Part shown: piece after piece, positions 13,019 to 27,082 of the stretch | Layout of the letters: every line of letters begins with the position of its first letter | Position numbering within the stretch: the stretch's first letter is position 1 | Assembly: GCA_965202585.1 (NCBI GenBank) | Contig: OZ241826.1 | Location: 20,708,001-20,772,000, forward strand | Source of the DNA: Thalia democratica | Lineage: Eukaryota | Direction: 5' to 3' | DNA: 64,000 nt | The notes under the pieces: generated by a model | What the model saw: the letters and a program-made list of their open reading frames with translations, nothing else | Databases searched by the model: none | What the model was told of the DNA's origin: nothing | Program-made: the position numbers and the translations under genes

Positions 13019-14329
13019 TTTTGAGCAAAACGATCCGATAGTTAAGTTTAAAACCTTGTATTTTGATAAAAATCGAAATTTTTGTCAATACGTAAACTGG
13101 TAAACGCTTTAAAAAAAAACAATTAAACAATGATTGATTATCATAAATTTGACATAAATATTCATTTTTATAAAACTAACCCTTAGTCTAGATATATTAT
13201 AATTTATCTCTGACTGTTTACAAATTAATATTAGAACTAATAAAAAATAGCTAAGAAGTTATTTTATTAACACTTAAAAAAATGATAACTAGTTATAACT
13301 CAACTTAAATAAGGGATTAAAATAAACTAAATTTTCTTTTATTTAACTAAATAACAAAAACGGATCAGCTTTAAACTTCGATCTTTGTTACTAAAACTGT
13401 AGTTTTTTCTTAAAACAACCTTAAAATTTCTATAAACCCGGTCTTTATTAAAATATTCTATTAATTTTTTCATTAATTTGAATTAATTAATGTATAGTAA
13501 GTTTTGTTGTTTAAATATATTCAAATCAGTAAATAAATAAAACAACCTTTAAATAAATTTTTGGTTAGTTTAAAATAAACTAATGAACAGTTTTAGTACT
13601 TTTTTAGATGTATTGAATTGTGTTTTAAACTACTTTTGAATAAAGCAGTAACTATTATCAAAAAGAAATAAGTTATTGTTTACAGATTACAGTTTAAGAA
13701 CTTTTTCATTTAGCATAGGTTTCAATACAGGAAACTTAATGTTTTACTAAAAGTCAATAATTAGTTATTTTTATAAAACTATTTAGTTTCCGTTAAGCTA
13801 CTTATAATTATAAAACTGCTCACTGAGATTAAACATGATATATATCGAGCAAACTTTTTTAATTAATCAAAGACATAATTTCAATTTTTAAATGTAATTG
13901 TAAGTAAAGAAAGTGTTTTGTTCTCTTAATACAAAGCATTTAAACTTAGTTTAAGAAGCATTTATATAAGAAAGATACATGGATTAGTTAGTCTAAAAGT
14001 AGCTAAATTGTTTGATTAAAAAACTATTTTAAACTTACTCACCTTTTTAATTTTTTTTGCAAAAAAAAAATGTAAATCTCATTTGGAAACAAACTACTTG
14101 GTCAAACTTAGAAAAATACACATATTTATATTATATTTTAATTAAAAATATATAACTATTTTTGTTATAACAATAAAGCACCAGTAGGTTTTAACTTAAT
14201 ATTTATATTGCAACAAAATATATTCAACGAACAAACGTAAACTAATATATTGAAAATGAAAATTAACTGTTTTTAACAAAATAAAAAATCTTAAACATAA
14301 CATCTGTTTAAACTGTTATAACCATTTTC

Positions 14330-15301
14330 TTATGTTTTGGGATGTTTCCGAAAAGTAGAGTAACCGGCAATAACGAAGTTATCTTTAAAAAAAAGATTTT
14401 CTAGTGTCCATTTATTTTTAACAATGTCGTACACATGAAATTTTAACTCATTAGATTCAAAATTGCTACAAAAATATACGAGTTTGTTATTTAAACTGAT
14501 AACTTTAAACTCGAAACTGTCATACATTGAACATAATGGTTTAGCATTCAACTTAGTAAATTTCCTAGAAATGTTTTCATACACCTCAGAAAAAGTAGTA
14601 TTATGTTTATCAATTACAAGTAATTTGTTACCTATAGTAACTGCAGAATGATCACATCTTGTTTTGATCATATCAGCAAATTTACTCCATTTGTTTTCAT
14701 GATGATCGTATGCTTCTACTGCTTTCAAATGTCTTCTTTTATTGTAACCTCCAGTAACAACAATTTTACCTTAAAAAACTGTACACGCTGAGTTACTTCT
14801 CTCTACTTGTAAGCTTGCTAGAATACTCCACCTGTTTTTTCTTGTTTCATACTTATAAAAACACTTTACAAAGTACTCAGAGTAGGCATTGTCAGAATCA
14901 TCATAGTATCGTCTAATAGAACCGCCAATTACATAAGTGCTCTTCATAAATGAACATACACTAAATTCCATCATATGATAATATGTCGTTTTCAGTTCTT
15001 TCCAACATTTTTTCTTTGCGGAATACATTTCAAAAGTTGACAACCAATTTTGTTTTTTATCATAACCACCAAGAACTAAAATGTCTGATCTAATTAAAGC
15101 TGTTCTGCATGACTTTCTTGCTGTTAACATTCCGCTCATTTTGAAAGAAGTTTTAAAATCAGGACCTTTTAGTTTTATAACTTCATTTGTAAGAACATCA
15201 TTGATTTTTACACCTCCACAAACCACAACATCAAACTCATCCTGATTGCAATAACAATTTTCATACAAAAATTATGGTATACATCGAAGATGTGTAATCA
15301 T
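14330..15301 (-). pseudogene. Full-length Kelch-repeat gene copy (~323 codons) with two in-frame nonsense codons
   Basis: One continuous frame from ATG 15301 to stop 14330. TAA at 15272-15274 (Gln position) and at 14771-14773 (VF*GK for VFEGK). No frameshift. Confidence 0.9.
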
Positions 15302-18161
15302 TTTTAAATAACTAACAAAATTTTTTCTAAACCTAAAAAAAAAATTTGAACCATATAAGGAATAAAGTTTTCATTATTTGCTTGTTATAAATAAGTTTTA
15401 AAGAAATAATTCTAATGCAAAGAAGCTTTACAAATATATATTCAATTTGACTACGTTATTTTTCTATATTAAATATGTAATTATTAGAATTGATATTGTC
15501 GATTAATTATTTCCATTATCTGTATTTTTTTATTATTTTTTTAAGAAGAAACTTAAGACTACACTTGTGATAAATAAACAAGCTATTTGATATTAAACAA
15601 GCATAGTATCTTGATAAAATGTTAAGGTATTTTTATTTTGAATTTTAAATACTTCAAGTTAAATGTATATACTTACAAGCTATTATTGGAATACGAAACT
15701 ATATATAGGATAAGAAGCTTACTTTACATATTTTCTTTATTTTCAAAACGTTTATTAATTTTATAGTAATAAAATATAAACTGTGAATATCAAGTTACAC
15801 CAAACTAAACTATTTAAAACATATATTAAAAAAATATTAAAATCTATAAATCGTCAACTTTTTTTAATTTGAAAATATTATTAGATACAGTGTAGAAATA
15901 GTAAATTTAGTTATTTATATTTACTTAACAGTTTTTTAAAAGTCTTGTTTTTAAAACCTAAACTTAAAGTTATATTTTAAGTTATTTTATTTCTATTATA
16001 GTTTTATATGTTGTTTTTTTAAAAATTAGTATTTTTTAATTATAAAATATTAATATTTACAAGTAATTATTGTTTGAAAATGATGTTTTATTGCTGACGG
16101 AGAAACAATTACCATGTTTTTATAACTTGTTTCTGTTTTGATAATTTCTTATATGTTACTTCTGAAGTTTTTTTACTTATTAATAGTTTTATAGTTAATT
16201 TTTGCTACTTAAATGTTTCAACCAGAATTTTTTTATCTGCATTAACCAATGTTAGATATTAAAATAAATATTGTGAAATGTTAAATACAAATTCATTATT
16301 ACACATAATTTTAATTATTTCATTTTAATACTTGCAGTATAGCACTTTAAAAGATTTTACTAATATGAATATGTAAAAATAATACATTTAGAATTAATAA
16401 AAACAAAGTTTAATTTTTTCCTTTTTTTCACATAAAAAGTTTATAAAAACGACTAGTTTTTTAAAATTTTAAAATAAATTTCGCACCTATGAATGAATTA
16501 AATAAATATTTGAATATAAACTAACTAACATAACTATATAAATTGCTTTTTATTTTTTCAATTCATTAGTTTTAGCTAAAAGTATACTTTTGTTATATAT
16601 CTCTTTTGAAGTACATTTTAAAAATGAATTAATAATTTATCAAAAAAAAAACTTTATTTTAGTCTGTTCTATAAATAAGTAACCTTACTTTACGTTCATA
16701 CTGCTTTAAGTGAACTGAAGTTCTGATAAATCTTATTTTGGTTGTATACGTTTTTGCAAATATAAGCACTTAAAAAAGTATTTTAAGGGTAAGATAAATT
16801 GATTTAAGTTTAAAATTTATTTTATTTAAAACAAAGTTAGATACTTTGCGATAGAATTTAGAAAAAAAAATTTAATTAGCTTTTACAATTATGTTTACAC
16901 ACTTTAAGGTCTTGCATCATATGTTTTAACTAACAGATTAATTAAAATTAAAAAAAATTTAAATTGTTGAGTTCCCAACCTTCAAACGTTACCTTACTTA
17001 AATTCTAGTTTTAAGCAATAACCTTTTTTTTTGTGTATTTATAAATTAAACGATTATATATAAGAATTTGAACTTCTGATAGTTTATAAATTAGTTTTAT
17101 ATTACCTTTATTTCTTTTTTTTTAGCTAGATATTAAACATTAAAAAAGTTATATTTCGTTTCTGGTATTAACAGTTTACTTGAGTTATACAGTATATAAT
17201 TTATAAAAAGAAGCATAAAGTTGATTTGTTTGATGAGTAATACTATTAAACATCTTCCGTTATTTTATATCTCTTCCTATTTTAAACTTGTAGTTAGTTG
17301 TTTGTGTTCTGTTGGTATAATCATCGTTATATTATAAGTGTTAAGGTTTAGTTTGACATTTTACTTATATCTTAAAGTTGTTTCGACTACTTAAAACTTA
17401 AACATTATATGTAAATTAATCAAGAAATTATATATTTGCCATAATAAAATATAATAAAAGCCATAAAAGTATATTTGTTAAAGCCATAATAGATTTATAT
17501 AAATTTTTTTGCTTAAAACTAGCAATAAAAAAATCACTTAGTATTCCTTTAATCTTTATTATCTAACTTTTACTTTAAAGAAGTTGTTAAAATAAATTTT
17601 AGTTCATCAAATTATACAACTGCTTTTTCTTTTATAAGAATTTGAAGAGGTCGAGTTTTGAGTATAAAATAAAACCCGTTTTATATGTTAATTGAACATA
17701 TGTGAATTTTAGATGTTTAATATTTTCAAATCAAGTTAATTTTTTTCTCTGATTAAAAAAACTACAGTATGTGTATATAATTAAAATATAAATGTATATA
17801 AAATACATTAAAATAAGAAATCCAAGAGAAAAAGCTCTTTGGAAAGTATTAAAAAGTTGTTAGAATGATTTTATTTTAAAACTGTCCTTGACGGATTTTA
17901 GAATTTATAACTCACGGTTTTTTTTGCGTAAAATAATTTAATTTAAGGTTATAAGGTTATATTTTGATACATGTGATACAGAACTCTCTTAATTATATGT
18001 TTCATAAATGTTGCTTCTTATCAATTTAAATATAAAATATAAAGTAATTTTTTTAATTTCTTATTAATATAATTATAATATATAATTTTTTGAATTTTTA
18101 AATAAGCATTTTATTAAGACTAGGTAAATTTTATTTCGTTCAAGTTATAAGTAGTTTCGTA

Positions 18162-18571
18162 TTTTTTTTAAATTTTTTAAAAGATGTTTTGAGCAGCTAA
18201 AATTTTAATAACTGATATCTGCTCTAGTAAACTAGGCTTTATTTTTATTAATTTGATCATTAGACCACAAGACTTCGGTAAACTGATACAGGTTTAGTCC
18301 TTATTAAGTAACAACTTAAAGAACCCATGTACAAACGGCTTTTTGAGATAAATTATGAATCGGCCGTTTGCTGTTATTAATCAGTAACGACAACATTGTT
18401 TTTTTGCTGCGCAACATTTAATACCATATCCACTATTATTGAAAATAAAAAATAATTGTTAAATATTTCTAGGTTTTTATAAGCATACTCTTTATGTAGC
18501 TCTTAATATCTAACACATAACATCTAATCTAGTAAAAATAGAAAATTAATTTGTATGTCTTCTTACCTTGC
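18162..18571. other. ~410-bp insertion relative to the homologous kelch-flank copies
   Basis: Sequence gtagtttc...ttactac is contiguous in the copies at ~8690-8715 and ~48960-48985 (reverse complement) but split here by GC-richer DNA. No clear TIR or TSD seen. Confidence 0.45.
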
Positions 18572-19796
18572 TTACTACTACATAGTACTTATGATAATAA
18601 TTTTTAAATTAACATGCCAAAAAAAGAAGTAACCTACTATCTTGAAATTTTCTGCTGAATCCATTTCAAATATATATTTTTAATAGATTTAGCTTATGTA
18701 AGAACATTTGTTTATAAATTAATTTTTGTGTTACTTTTCTTAAGTTTTAAAAAATATTTGTTTTTACCTTTGAGTATAGTAGATGAGTGGAATAAAGTTA
18801 TAATAAATATAATATAAAATTTTACTTATGTATAATAATATCATGAAAATTACAATGCTCTTTGAAACTTTTTACAAGTTTCTATCTAAACAAATGTTTA
18901 TGTTTAAATCTCAATTATAAAAATCAATAGTAAAAATACACTAGTAGCCAAGCTAGTTAACTTGTTTTACAATACTTAAGTTGTTTTTTAAATTACAAAT
19001 AAAACATCTATCTCATGTTTGTTAATTGCTATAACTTTTCTTTGATAACTTTTTTGAAACTACCTTAATGTCTTCAATTTAGACAACTAGAGACTTTTTA
19101 TTAAAATTTAGAATTTGCAAGGTCGGCTATTTTTTGTTTTTAGGACAATTTAATGTTTATTTTAAACTTATTGATGTGTTAGAAAACAATGTTTTATGCC
19201 GTTTTAAACTTAGTTTATTGTAATTTATTACTTTATATAACATAATGAGTTAATTTAGTCATCGCTGTAACTAAGTAGATGTAATTAGTTCGTCGCTGAT
19301 TCATTTCATTGCGGTTCATCTTATGTATATTGTTTTTATTTTTATATGTATGTCTAATGTATTCAAGTATTGTAAAAGATTAAGCAAGGAAACGTATTAT
19401 AACTAAACGGTAAAACCATAAGATAGCAACAGTTTTTTTAATATATATTACTTATGTTCTAACCATAAAATACTTCTAACACCAAAAAGTGAGTTTAATT
19501 CGATAATTAAAAAAAAAAAGTTGTTATTTATGTTTATAGTTATTTACTGTTGTATAAAAATTTTAGACTCGAATCCTCTTTTAAATTTTTTTTGCATATT
19601 GTAATTTATTGAAAAGAAATTACAACAAATTTAACCAAAACAAATATGAAGAATAAAACAAACAACAAGTTAACTTAGTCAAATCACATTTCAAAACCAA
19701 AGTACATAGGTATTTCGAAAGAAGCATTTAATATATATGTACAAATATTAAATTTCAATACACACAACTGAAGCTTTCGTACATTACCTAGTCACT

Positions 19797-20727
19797 TCAA
19801 AATTTTGGATACCTTTGTAAAGCTGCACTTTTCAAGCTTTCAAGCACAGAACTATTAAATAATATCTGTATTCGCTCATGTTATAAGCATACAGGTTTAG
19901 GTCAAAATCGAAAAAAATAATAAAACCAATTACACAGAACGCTTGAATTTTTGGAAGTTTTGCAATTGAGGGATTAAAATAAAACATTGTAAATTTTCTA
20001 GAAACATTGTCATATACCTCGCAGTTTTTTGGATGACTACCATCAATTACAAACATTTTATTACCCATACTAAATGATGAATGACAGGACTTTGGTTCAT
20101 TCATATCACATAGAAAGTTCCATTTGTTTTCAAAATGATCATACAATTCTACTGATTTCAACCTATTACAATAACGATTATATCTATTATTAAACGTTTT
20201 ATTCCCTCCAGAAACAATAACTTTACCTTCGAAAACTGTGCAAGCTGAGTGACTTCTTTCTCTTTGTAAGCTTGCTACATGATACCATTTGTTGTCTTTT
20301 ATATCATACTTGTAACAATCTTTAGTAACACATTCATCATACCAACCACCAATTAGATAGATACTTTTCATAAATGAACAGAAGCTATAATGTCTTAACA
20401 CACCAGGAGTTTGTTTCAATTCTTTCCAAACTTTTTTCTTTGCAGAATACGTTTCAAAATAAAAAGTCCATATATAATTTGATTATATCTACCAAGAACA
20501 TAAATATCAGAACCAATTACAGCTGTTTTGCTTGAATCTTTGCTTCTTAACATTGGGCTTATTTTGACAGTAGTTTGAAAATCAGGACCTTTTAACTAAA
20601 TAGCTTCATTTTCAATTACATTATTACTTTTTCTTCCTAAACAAATAACAAAATCAAATTCATCCCGATTGCAATAATGATTTTCATTCAAAACTTGAGG
20701 TTTTCTTCTAAAAGGTGTAGGAAACAT
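19797..20727 (-). pseudogene. Kelch-repeat gene copy with one stop and two frameshifts
   Basis: MFPTPFRRKPQVL...AI*LKGPDFQ (TAG at 20596-20598), 1-bp loss in an A-run at ~20478, ORF 19832-20419, and a homologous QRYPKF* end at 19797 in another frame. Confidence 0.88.
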
Positions 20728-22689
20728 TTTGGCTTAGATATTTAAATATTTAGATAAACCCTGTTTAGTGTATAGTAAAAGTAAATATTTCCGACATTTT
20801 GTTAAAAAAAAATTAGCTTATTTTACTTGATTAAAAAGATATAACAAAAAATATTTATAAAGTGTTTGTTATATGAACTCTATTGGTAAAATAAAAGTTT
20901 TAAAATTATCTGTAAAACATTTAAAATTTCTAATATATCAATGATTAAAATTTTAAGTTTAAATGAGTTTAGTCATTTAGTGTTTAGTAATGAATGAAAA
21001 TAATCTAATGAATAGATTGTTTAATAAGAAATCTAGTCATTATAGAAAAATTGTGAAGAATTCTAAGAATATTTTTTTTATTGACTAATTGTCATTGAAA
21101 GTTTATTGCGAAATGCAATAAAATTTTGAATATAAGTTGATCTATAATGTAGTCATTTTTGTCAATTAGTACTCTGTTGTCTTTTTATTAAAGCCCGTAA
21201 TTTTATGTTACTTTAACGTAAGAATTGTTTTTGATCACATTAAAACTAGTACTTTTACATTAATATAAGGCTAAAACCACTAATATATATAGACATAAAA
21301 TGAATTTATAAAAAGGTTTTTTTAAGATGTAAAACTTTAATAACTCGAGTTTTGTACTTATGCACTCATCAGCTTCAAAAAAAGTTCAAAATCTAATAGT
21401 TTATATATATATATACATGATATTAACTAAACAAGAACATACTAAGCTCAAAATAATTGGTTGTAGTACATCCTCAATTAAGTTTAAGATCTTTATAAAT
21501 TATTATTTTGATAAAGCATGCCTAAGATTAAATAAATGCTAAAGACTACTGAAGAATTTTCATACACACCATAAATTAAAAAACTGTAAGCTTAGATTAA
21601 TAATAATACAAGTGCGCTATACTCATTAGTACAAGTAACAGCAATTTAAAAGTATGATTTAAATTGTCTCTTTTAACTAAGTTAAGACTTTATATATTGT
21701 TAGTGAAGCCGTGAATTAAATATTTTCTATTAAAAAATAGAAAAAAACGAATTTTTGCAAAATTTGTTGTGAACTTGCCTAGAAATTGTAGCCAAAAACT
21801 TGACATTTTCAAATATCAAGTTAAAACTATTATTGTATACAAAAAATTTGTAAAAATTTTCTATACTCAGAAAATAATACAAAGCATAACTACTTTAAAG
21901 CTGCTATAATAATATAGTTTTATCAGTAAGTAAATAAATTTAAGTTTTATTTATTTTGTTATTAAAAAGTTTTTTTTTTAAAGTGTCCTCGGTTTAAAAC
22001 TGTAGATTCTTAGATCTAAATTGAAAACTATTTTTTTCTTAATTTTTTGCTCATTTTTGCTTAAGTATAAAGTTACAAAACTATAAAACAAAAACTTATA
22101 ATTGAATATAGGTATAGATAAGATTATATTTTTTTATTTATTTAAGTTTAGCAATTAAGTCTATATTCATAAGACTTCTTTAATATAAAAATAATTATTT
22201 TTTACAAAATAGCTTTTAAAATGTTAAAAACTAGTAAAACTGAATTGCTATTTTTATTAATAAAAAATGTTTTTTGTTGAAATTATAAATCTTCATTAAA
22301 AAAAAAAAAACATTTAACTAGTATATATTTTCAAATTGAACAACAAAAATAAGAATTTTATTTTATAGTACATGTTTAAAAGTGTTTTGACCGCTAAAAA
22401 TTAATTTAGTGATATGTTATTTGCTTAATGTTTTCTACTTTACTATATTTTTTAGACATGACTTCAAACTGTATTTCTGGTGAACGACTCGTTAACTGGT
22501 AGATTTTTAGTACACTAGGTTGTTAGACCAATCATTTTAAATAATTAACTTTATTAATTTTATAAGACAAAAAATATTACTCATTAAAGTATAATTTATT
22601 TTTAAATATCTTTTTGTAAAAGTTAAAACTTATTAAAAAGAGTAGTTTAATTTTTTATTTATTAATTTATTTACCATTTTTTAAACAAT

Positions 22690-23178
22690 TAATACCTCAC
22701 CTGTTTTGTATAACTGGTTTACCAATAGTTTGTTAATAACATTATTTTGTTTATACTATGAAGGATAAATAACAATAACCATTTAACTCGTACATTTTAA
22801 TACTACCGCCAATTATATAAATACTTTTCATAAATAAGCAAGCACAATAGTTAACTAAATTACCAAAAATAGGTTATAATGGTTTCCAATGTTTAGTCTT
22901 TGCAGAAAACATTTCAAAAGAAAATGTCCATTTGTTTTTGTCATCATAACCATCAAGTATATAAATCTCAGAACCAACTACATATTTATAGCTTGAAAAC
23001 CTTGGTGTTAACATTGGACTTATTTTGACTGAAGTTCGAAAATCAGGACCTTTCAACTTGGTTGCTTCATTTGTAACTGCAAAATTGTATTTCTACCACC
23101 AATATTAATAATATTAAATTTATTCTGTTTGCAATAACGATTCTCATATAAAACTGAATATTTACCATTGTTAAACAT
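22690..23178 (-). pseudogene. Kelch-family 5' relic, 3'-truncated or decayed
   Basis: MFNNGKYSVLYENRYCKQ..., KGPDFRTSVKISPMLTPRFSS...GSEIYILDGYD...FEMFSAKTKHWK. Left boundary approximate. Confidence 0.75.
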
Positions 23179-23270
23179 AACAAATTTTACAGATAGACTG
23201 AATTATGTTTAAAGTAATACTCTAATAAAAATAATCAAATAGTAACTTTGGTAAATGCTTTTTCGTAATT

Positions 23271-24204
23271 TTATATGCCAAAGCTTTTAAAATTTACAAA
23301 ACTTGAAACAACAAATTTACATATAATATGTTTTTAATTATGTACAAAGACTACTGTGATGTGTTAGTTGTATTGTTCCAATCAACTGTGATGTGATCGT
23401 TGTATTGATTTAGTCTACAATGAAGTAATAGTTGTATGGTTTCAGTCTACTTTGATGTGATAGTTTTATTGATTTAGTCTACTGTGATGTGATAGTTGTA
23501 TTGTTGCAGTCTATTGCTTTATGATGTATCATTTTAGACTACTGTTATGTGACAAATGTATTATTTAAGTATACTGTGATGTGATAGTTGTATTACTTTC
23601 GATAACAGTGATGTTATAGTTGTATTGTTGCAGTCTTATGTATTGTGATACTTGTGTTATTTTAATTTACCGTGATGTGGTAGTTGTAATGTTTTCGTCT
23701 ACTGTTATGTGGTAGTTTTATTTTTGCAGTCTATTGCTTTATTTTGCGTCATTGTAGTCTAAAGTGATGTGATAGTTGTACTGTTTAAGTCTATGGTGAT
23801 GCAATAATTGTATTGTTTAAGTCTAATATAATAAATAAAAAAATTATAAAAATACAAAATAACTTTAAAAGTACTAAATTTAAGTTTGTATGAAGTATTT
23901 AAGGTAATAAAAAAATATATATAACGCGCCTAAGTTTGCTAATTATTAACTATATAACATATTTATATACTACTCTTATATTTCATATTAAAGTTATATA
24001 ATAATACAAAATATCATGTTAGTTGTAATTTTCTTATTTATTTTCAAAGACTCGGTATTAGTTAAGTGAGTTTTTTTTTTAAAATAAGATAAATAAAATT
24101 CAAAAGCTATATGTTCGTTTTACATCTTTGTACATAATTAAAAAAATATTATATGTTAATTTGTTGTTTAAAGTTTTGTAAATTTTAAAAGCTTTGGCAT
24201 ATAA
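23271..24204. repeat. 80-bp inverted repeat pair (23271-23350 and 24125-24204), 3 mismatches
   Basis: tctttgtacataattaaaaa...gctttggcatataa at 24125 equals the reverse complement of 23271-23350. Confidence 0.85.
23349..23824 (+). repeat. 32-bp minisatellite, ~15 degenerate units
   Basis: Consensus tactgtgatgtgatagttgtattgttgcagtc. A 28-bp variant starting tattgcttta recurs as unit 6 and unit 13. Confidence 0.9.
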
Positions 24205-25519
24205 TTTATTTTTTGTACTAACCAAGTTTCAAAACAATGCATTTACACAACTTAAACAAAAAATAAAAAATTACTTTATTATGTCTTTCGTCTATATATA
24301 TTCTAATAATAGTTTTTTAGCTACTTTCAATTAAATAATCAAGTAACAAACAAAATAACATTTTTGATTTAAATAAACGTTTTTGGAATTAAAAAATCAT
24401 TTTGTCTCAAAAAATGTTTTCATACGTAAAACGATTTATAAGCATAAAATTAAATTGTTTCCATGTAGTTTTTAATGCATCACTGAGTCTTATCATATTT
24501 AATTCAAAGGAGTTTTGTTTTAAATGTTGCCTAATTTTTTCATAATGTAAAAAAAAAACATACTGTGCAACTATCATAAATAAACTTATAGAAATTTATG
24601 TATAAAACAATAGTTTGTATAAATCGTATAGAAAATTTTAAGCTGTTGACTAAAATTTGAAAACATTTAAAATAAAATAACTGTTATTACAATTAACTAT
24701 ATAAATTTTATAATCTCCTTTATAGTGAATAAAACTAAAACTTGTGACTTATAATTATCCCCTTATGAATTTCTTTCAAGTTTATAAATCACTTGTATCG
24801 TATTTTTAATTAGTCAAAACTTACAGTTTTTAAATCCAATTTATGTTTACAAATATAATTTTTAACATTGTTTTTAATGTTTATCTAAGTCAAGGCATAA
24901 TTAACTTTAAATTAATTTTCAAAGAACTTTAGTTAGTAATTATTGCTTTATATTTATCTATTAAAACCAGTATAAATAAGATTATTACTTATTAAAAGAC
25001 TCTAACATTGAAACAACAAAGTAACTATACACTTTAAATAGATAAGCTAAAGAAAATATTTGCTACTAAAATGATATTATCAAAAGCATTTAGTTTCATT
25101 ACATTTGAATAACTGAGACATTCAAGTAATACTTCAACTACTGTACTGAGGATTGTAACCTGAACTTAAAGTGTTCTCATTGAACTAAAAACCTCTTATA
25201 AAGATATTTCTTTAATCTACATTAATTACAAGATAATATATCAAAAGTAAATTAATTTTTATTATTTATTTTCAGCATTGTATAATAACTAAGTATACTA
25301 AATTTATATGAGCATTAATTTTTAAAACACTGATATAATAAAACAACTAGTAAAATTAATAATTTTTTTGTTTCTCTTAATAACTTATATTTAAATGATC
25401 ATTTAACATTAATTTTCTTCTATTTTAATTGTGCTAAACTAGAATGGTTTTAATCAAAATCTGACTATAATTAACACAATACAGGGATTTATATATAAAT
25501 TCAAGTTGTTTGATCAAAA

Positions 25520-26482
25520 ATGAGTTCTCTAATATATAATTCTTCAGTTTTATATGAAAACCGTTTTTGCAAGCAGGATGAATTTGATATTGTTGTTGTT
25601 GGAGGTAGGAAAGGTGGTGGTGTTACAAATGAAGTTAATAAATTTATAGGTCCTATATTTAAAACTTCTGTCAAATTGAATCCAATGTTAACACCAAGAT
25701 TTTCATGCAAGACAGCAGTTATTGGTTCGGATATTTATGTAATTGGTGGAAATGATGTAAATTGTCGTTGGACATCTTCTTTTTAAATGTATTCTGCAAA
25801 GACAAATACTTGGAAGCAATTAAAGTCTATTTTTAATGAATTAACTGAATATAGTGTTTGCTCATTTATGAATAACATTTATGTAGTTGGCGGTTGTATT
25901 ACTTATTATTTTGATGAAGAGTACTATGATATATTTCACACAAATAAATGTTATAAGTATGAAGTAAATGATAATAACTGGTATCCAATTGCAAACTTAC
26001 AAACAAAGAGAGGTAATTCTGCTTGTACAATTTTTGAAGGTAAAATTTGTGTAACTGGAGGTGAAAAATATATTTCCGATGATAATCCTTATGGAGGACA
26101 TTATTATAACTTATTAGAATCGGTAGAGTCATATGATCATCATGATAACAAATGGACATATTTATCTGATATGGTTGAACCTAAGTCTTGTCATTCTACA
26201 GTTAGTATTGGTAATAAAATGTTTGTAATTGATAGCAACTATCTCAAACACTCCGAGATATATGACAATATATCCAGAAAATTTACTATGTTTGCTTCTA
26301 AACTATCTGATACAAAATTAGGCTGTGTTGAAGTATTTTGCGTAAATGACAATATTTATATATTTGATTGGAAGCTTAAATTGTATGTTTACAATATAAA
26401 CGATAATAAGTTGTTAGTTAATGGTGTTATGCTTAATGATAGTCTGCAGTGTGAAACTTTGCAAAAGTACCCGTACTTATAA
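25520..26482 (+). pseudogene. Full-length Kelch-repeat gene (~320 codons) with one in-frame TAA (25784-25786) followed directly by ATG
   Basis: ORFs 25520-25786 and 25787-26482 are in the same frame (SSF*MYS for SSFEMYS). Six blades recognisable; blades 5-6 lack the GG dipeptide. Confidence 0.88.
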
Positions 26483-26618
26483 GATGACGTGTATTTAGAC
26501 AAAAACTCAGTTGTGTTTATACAAATTAAAAATAAACTTTAGTTGACGGTATGTTTCGACTTTGTTTTTGTCTGTAACTTTGAATATATTTGGATGAGAT
26601 TTATTTAAGGTAGTTTCA

Positions 26619-26662
26619 GTAACGACTAAGTATCGACTAAGTAACGAGTAAGTAACGACAAT
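26619..26662 (+). repeat. 11-bp tandem repeat x4 (gtaacgactaa-like)
   Basis: gtaacgactaa gtatcgactaa gtaacgagtaa gtaacgacaat. Confidence 0.7.
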
Positions 26663-27082
26663 CTATGCTGTCCAGACTTTAAGATGGTAGATGGCCAGTC
26701 ATAATTTCAACCAAAAATGTTTAACAAAGAAAATGACAAGTAGCGATTTGGAGCAGACATTTTTATTGGAACAAACACCCAATTAAATATCACAAATATG
26801 ACAATTAGCAGCTTTATGCCAATGCGTCATTCAGGAGAAATGAAAACTTTTAAGAGAAAATTGTTCAACTTGCAAAACCAACACGAAAAGGAAGGCAACA
26901 GAGAAAAATTTTAAGTTTAACGGTTTGCCCGACATTTGCACTCAAAGTATTTTTAACTTCTTTTGTCTAAATTAATATACATAAACTACATCAGTAAAAT
27001 CAGTTTTATAGCTTGTTTATAAACTTTTACTACAGCAAGTTTATAAAAGATTAGAAAAAAAAAGCTTTAGTTTTCAATGCAC

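Noticed and set aside
23349-23824. CRISPR array
   Set aside because: Units are head-to-tail degenerate tandem repeats without unique spacers, there are no cas genes, and the context is eukaryotic.
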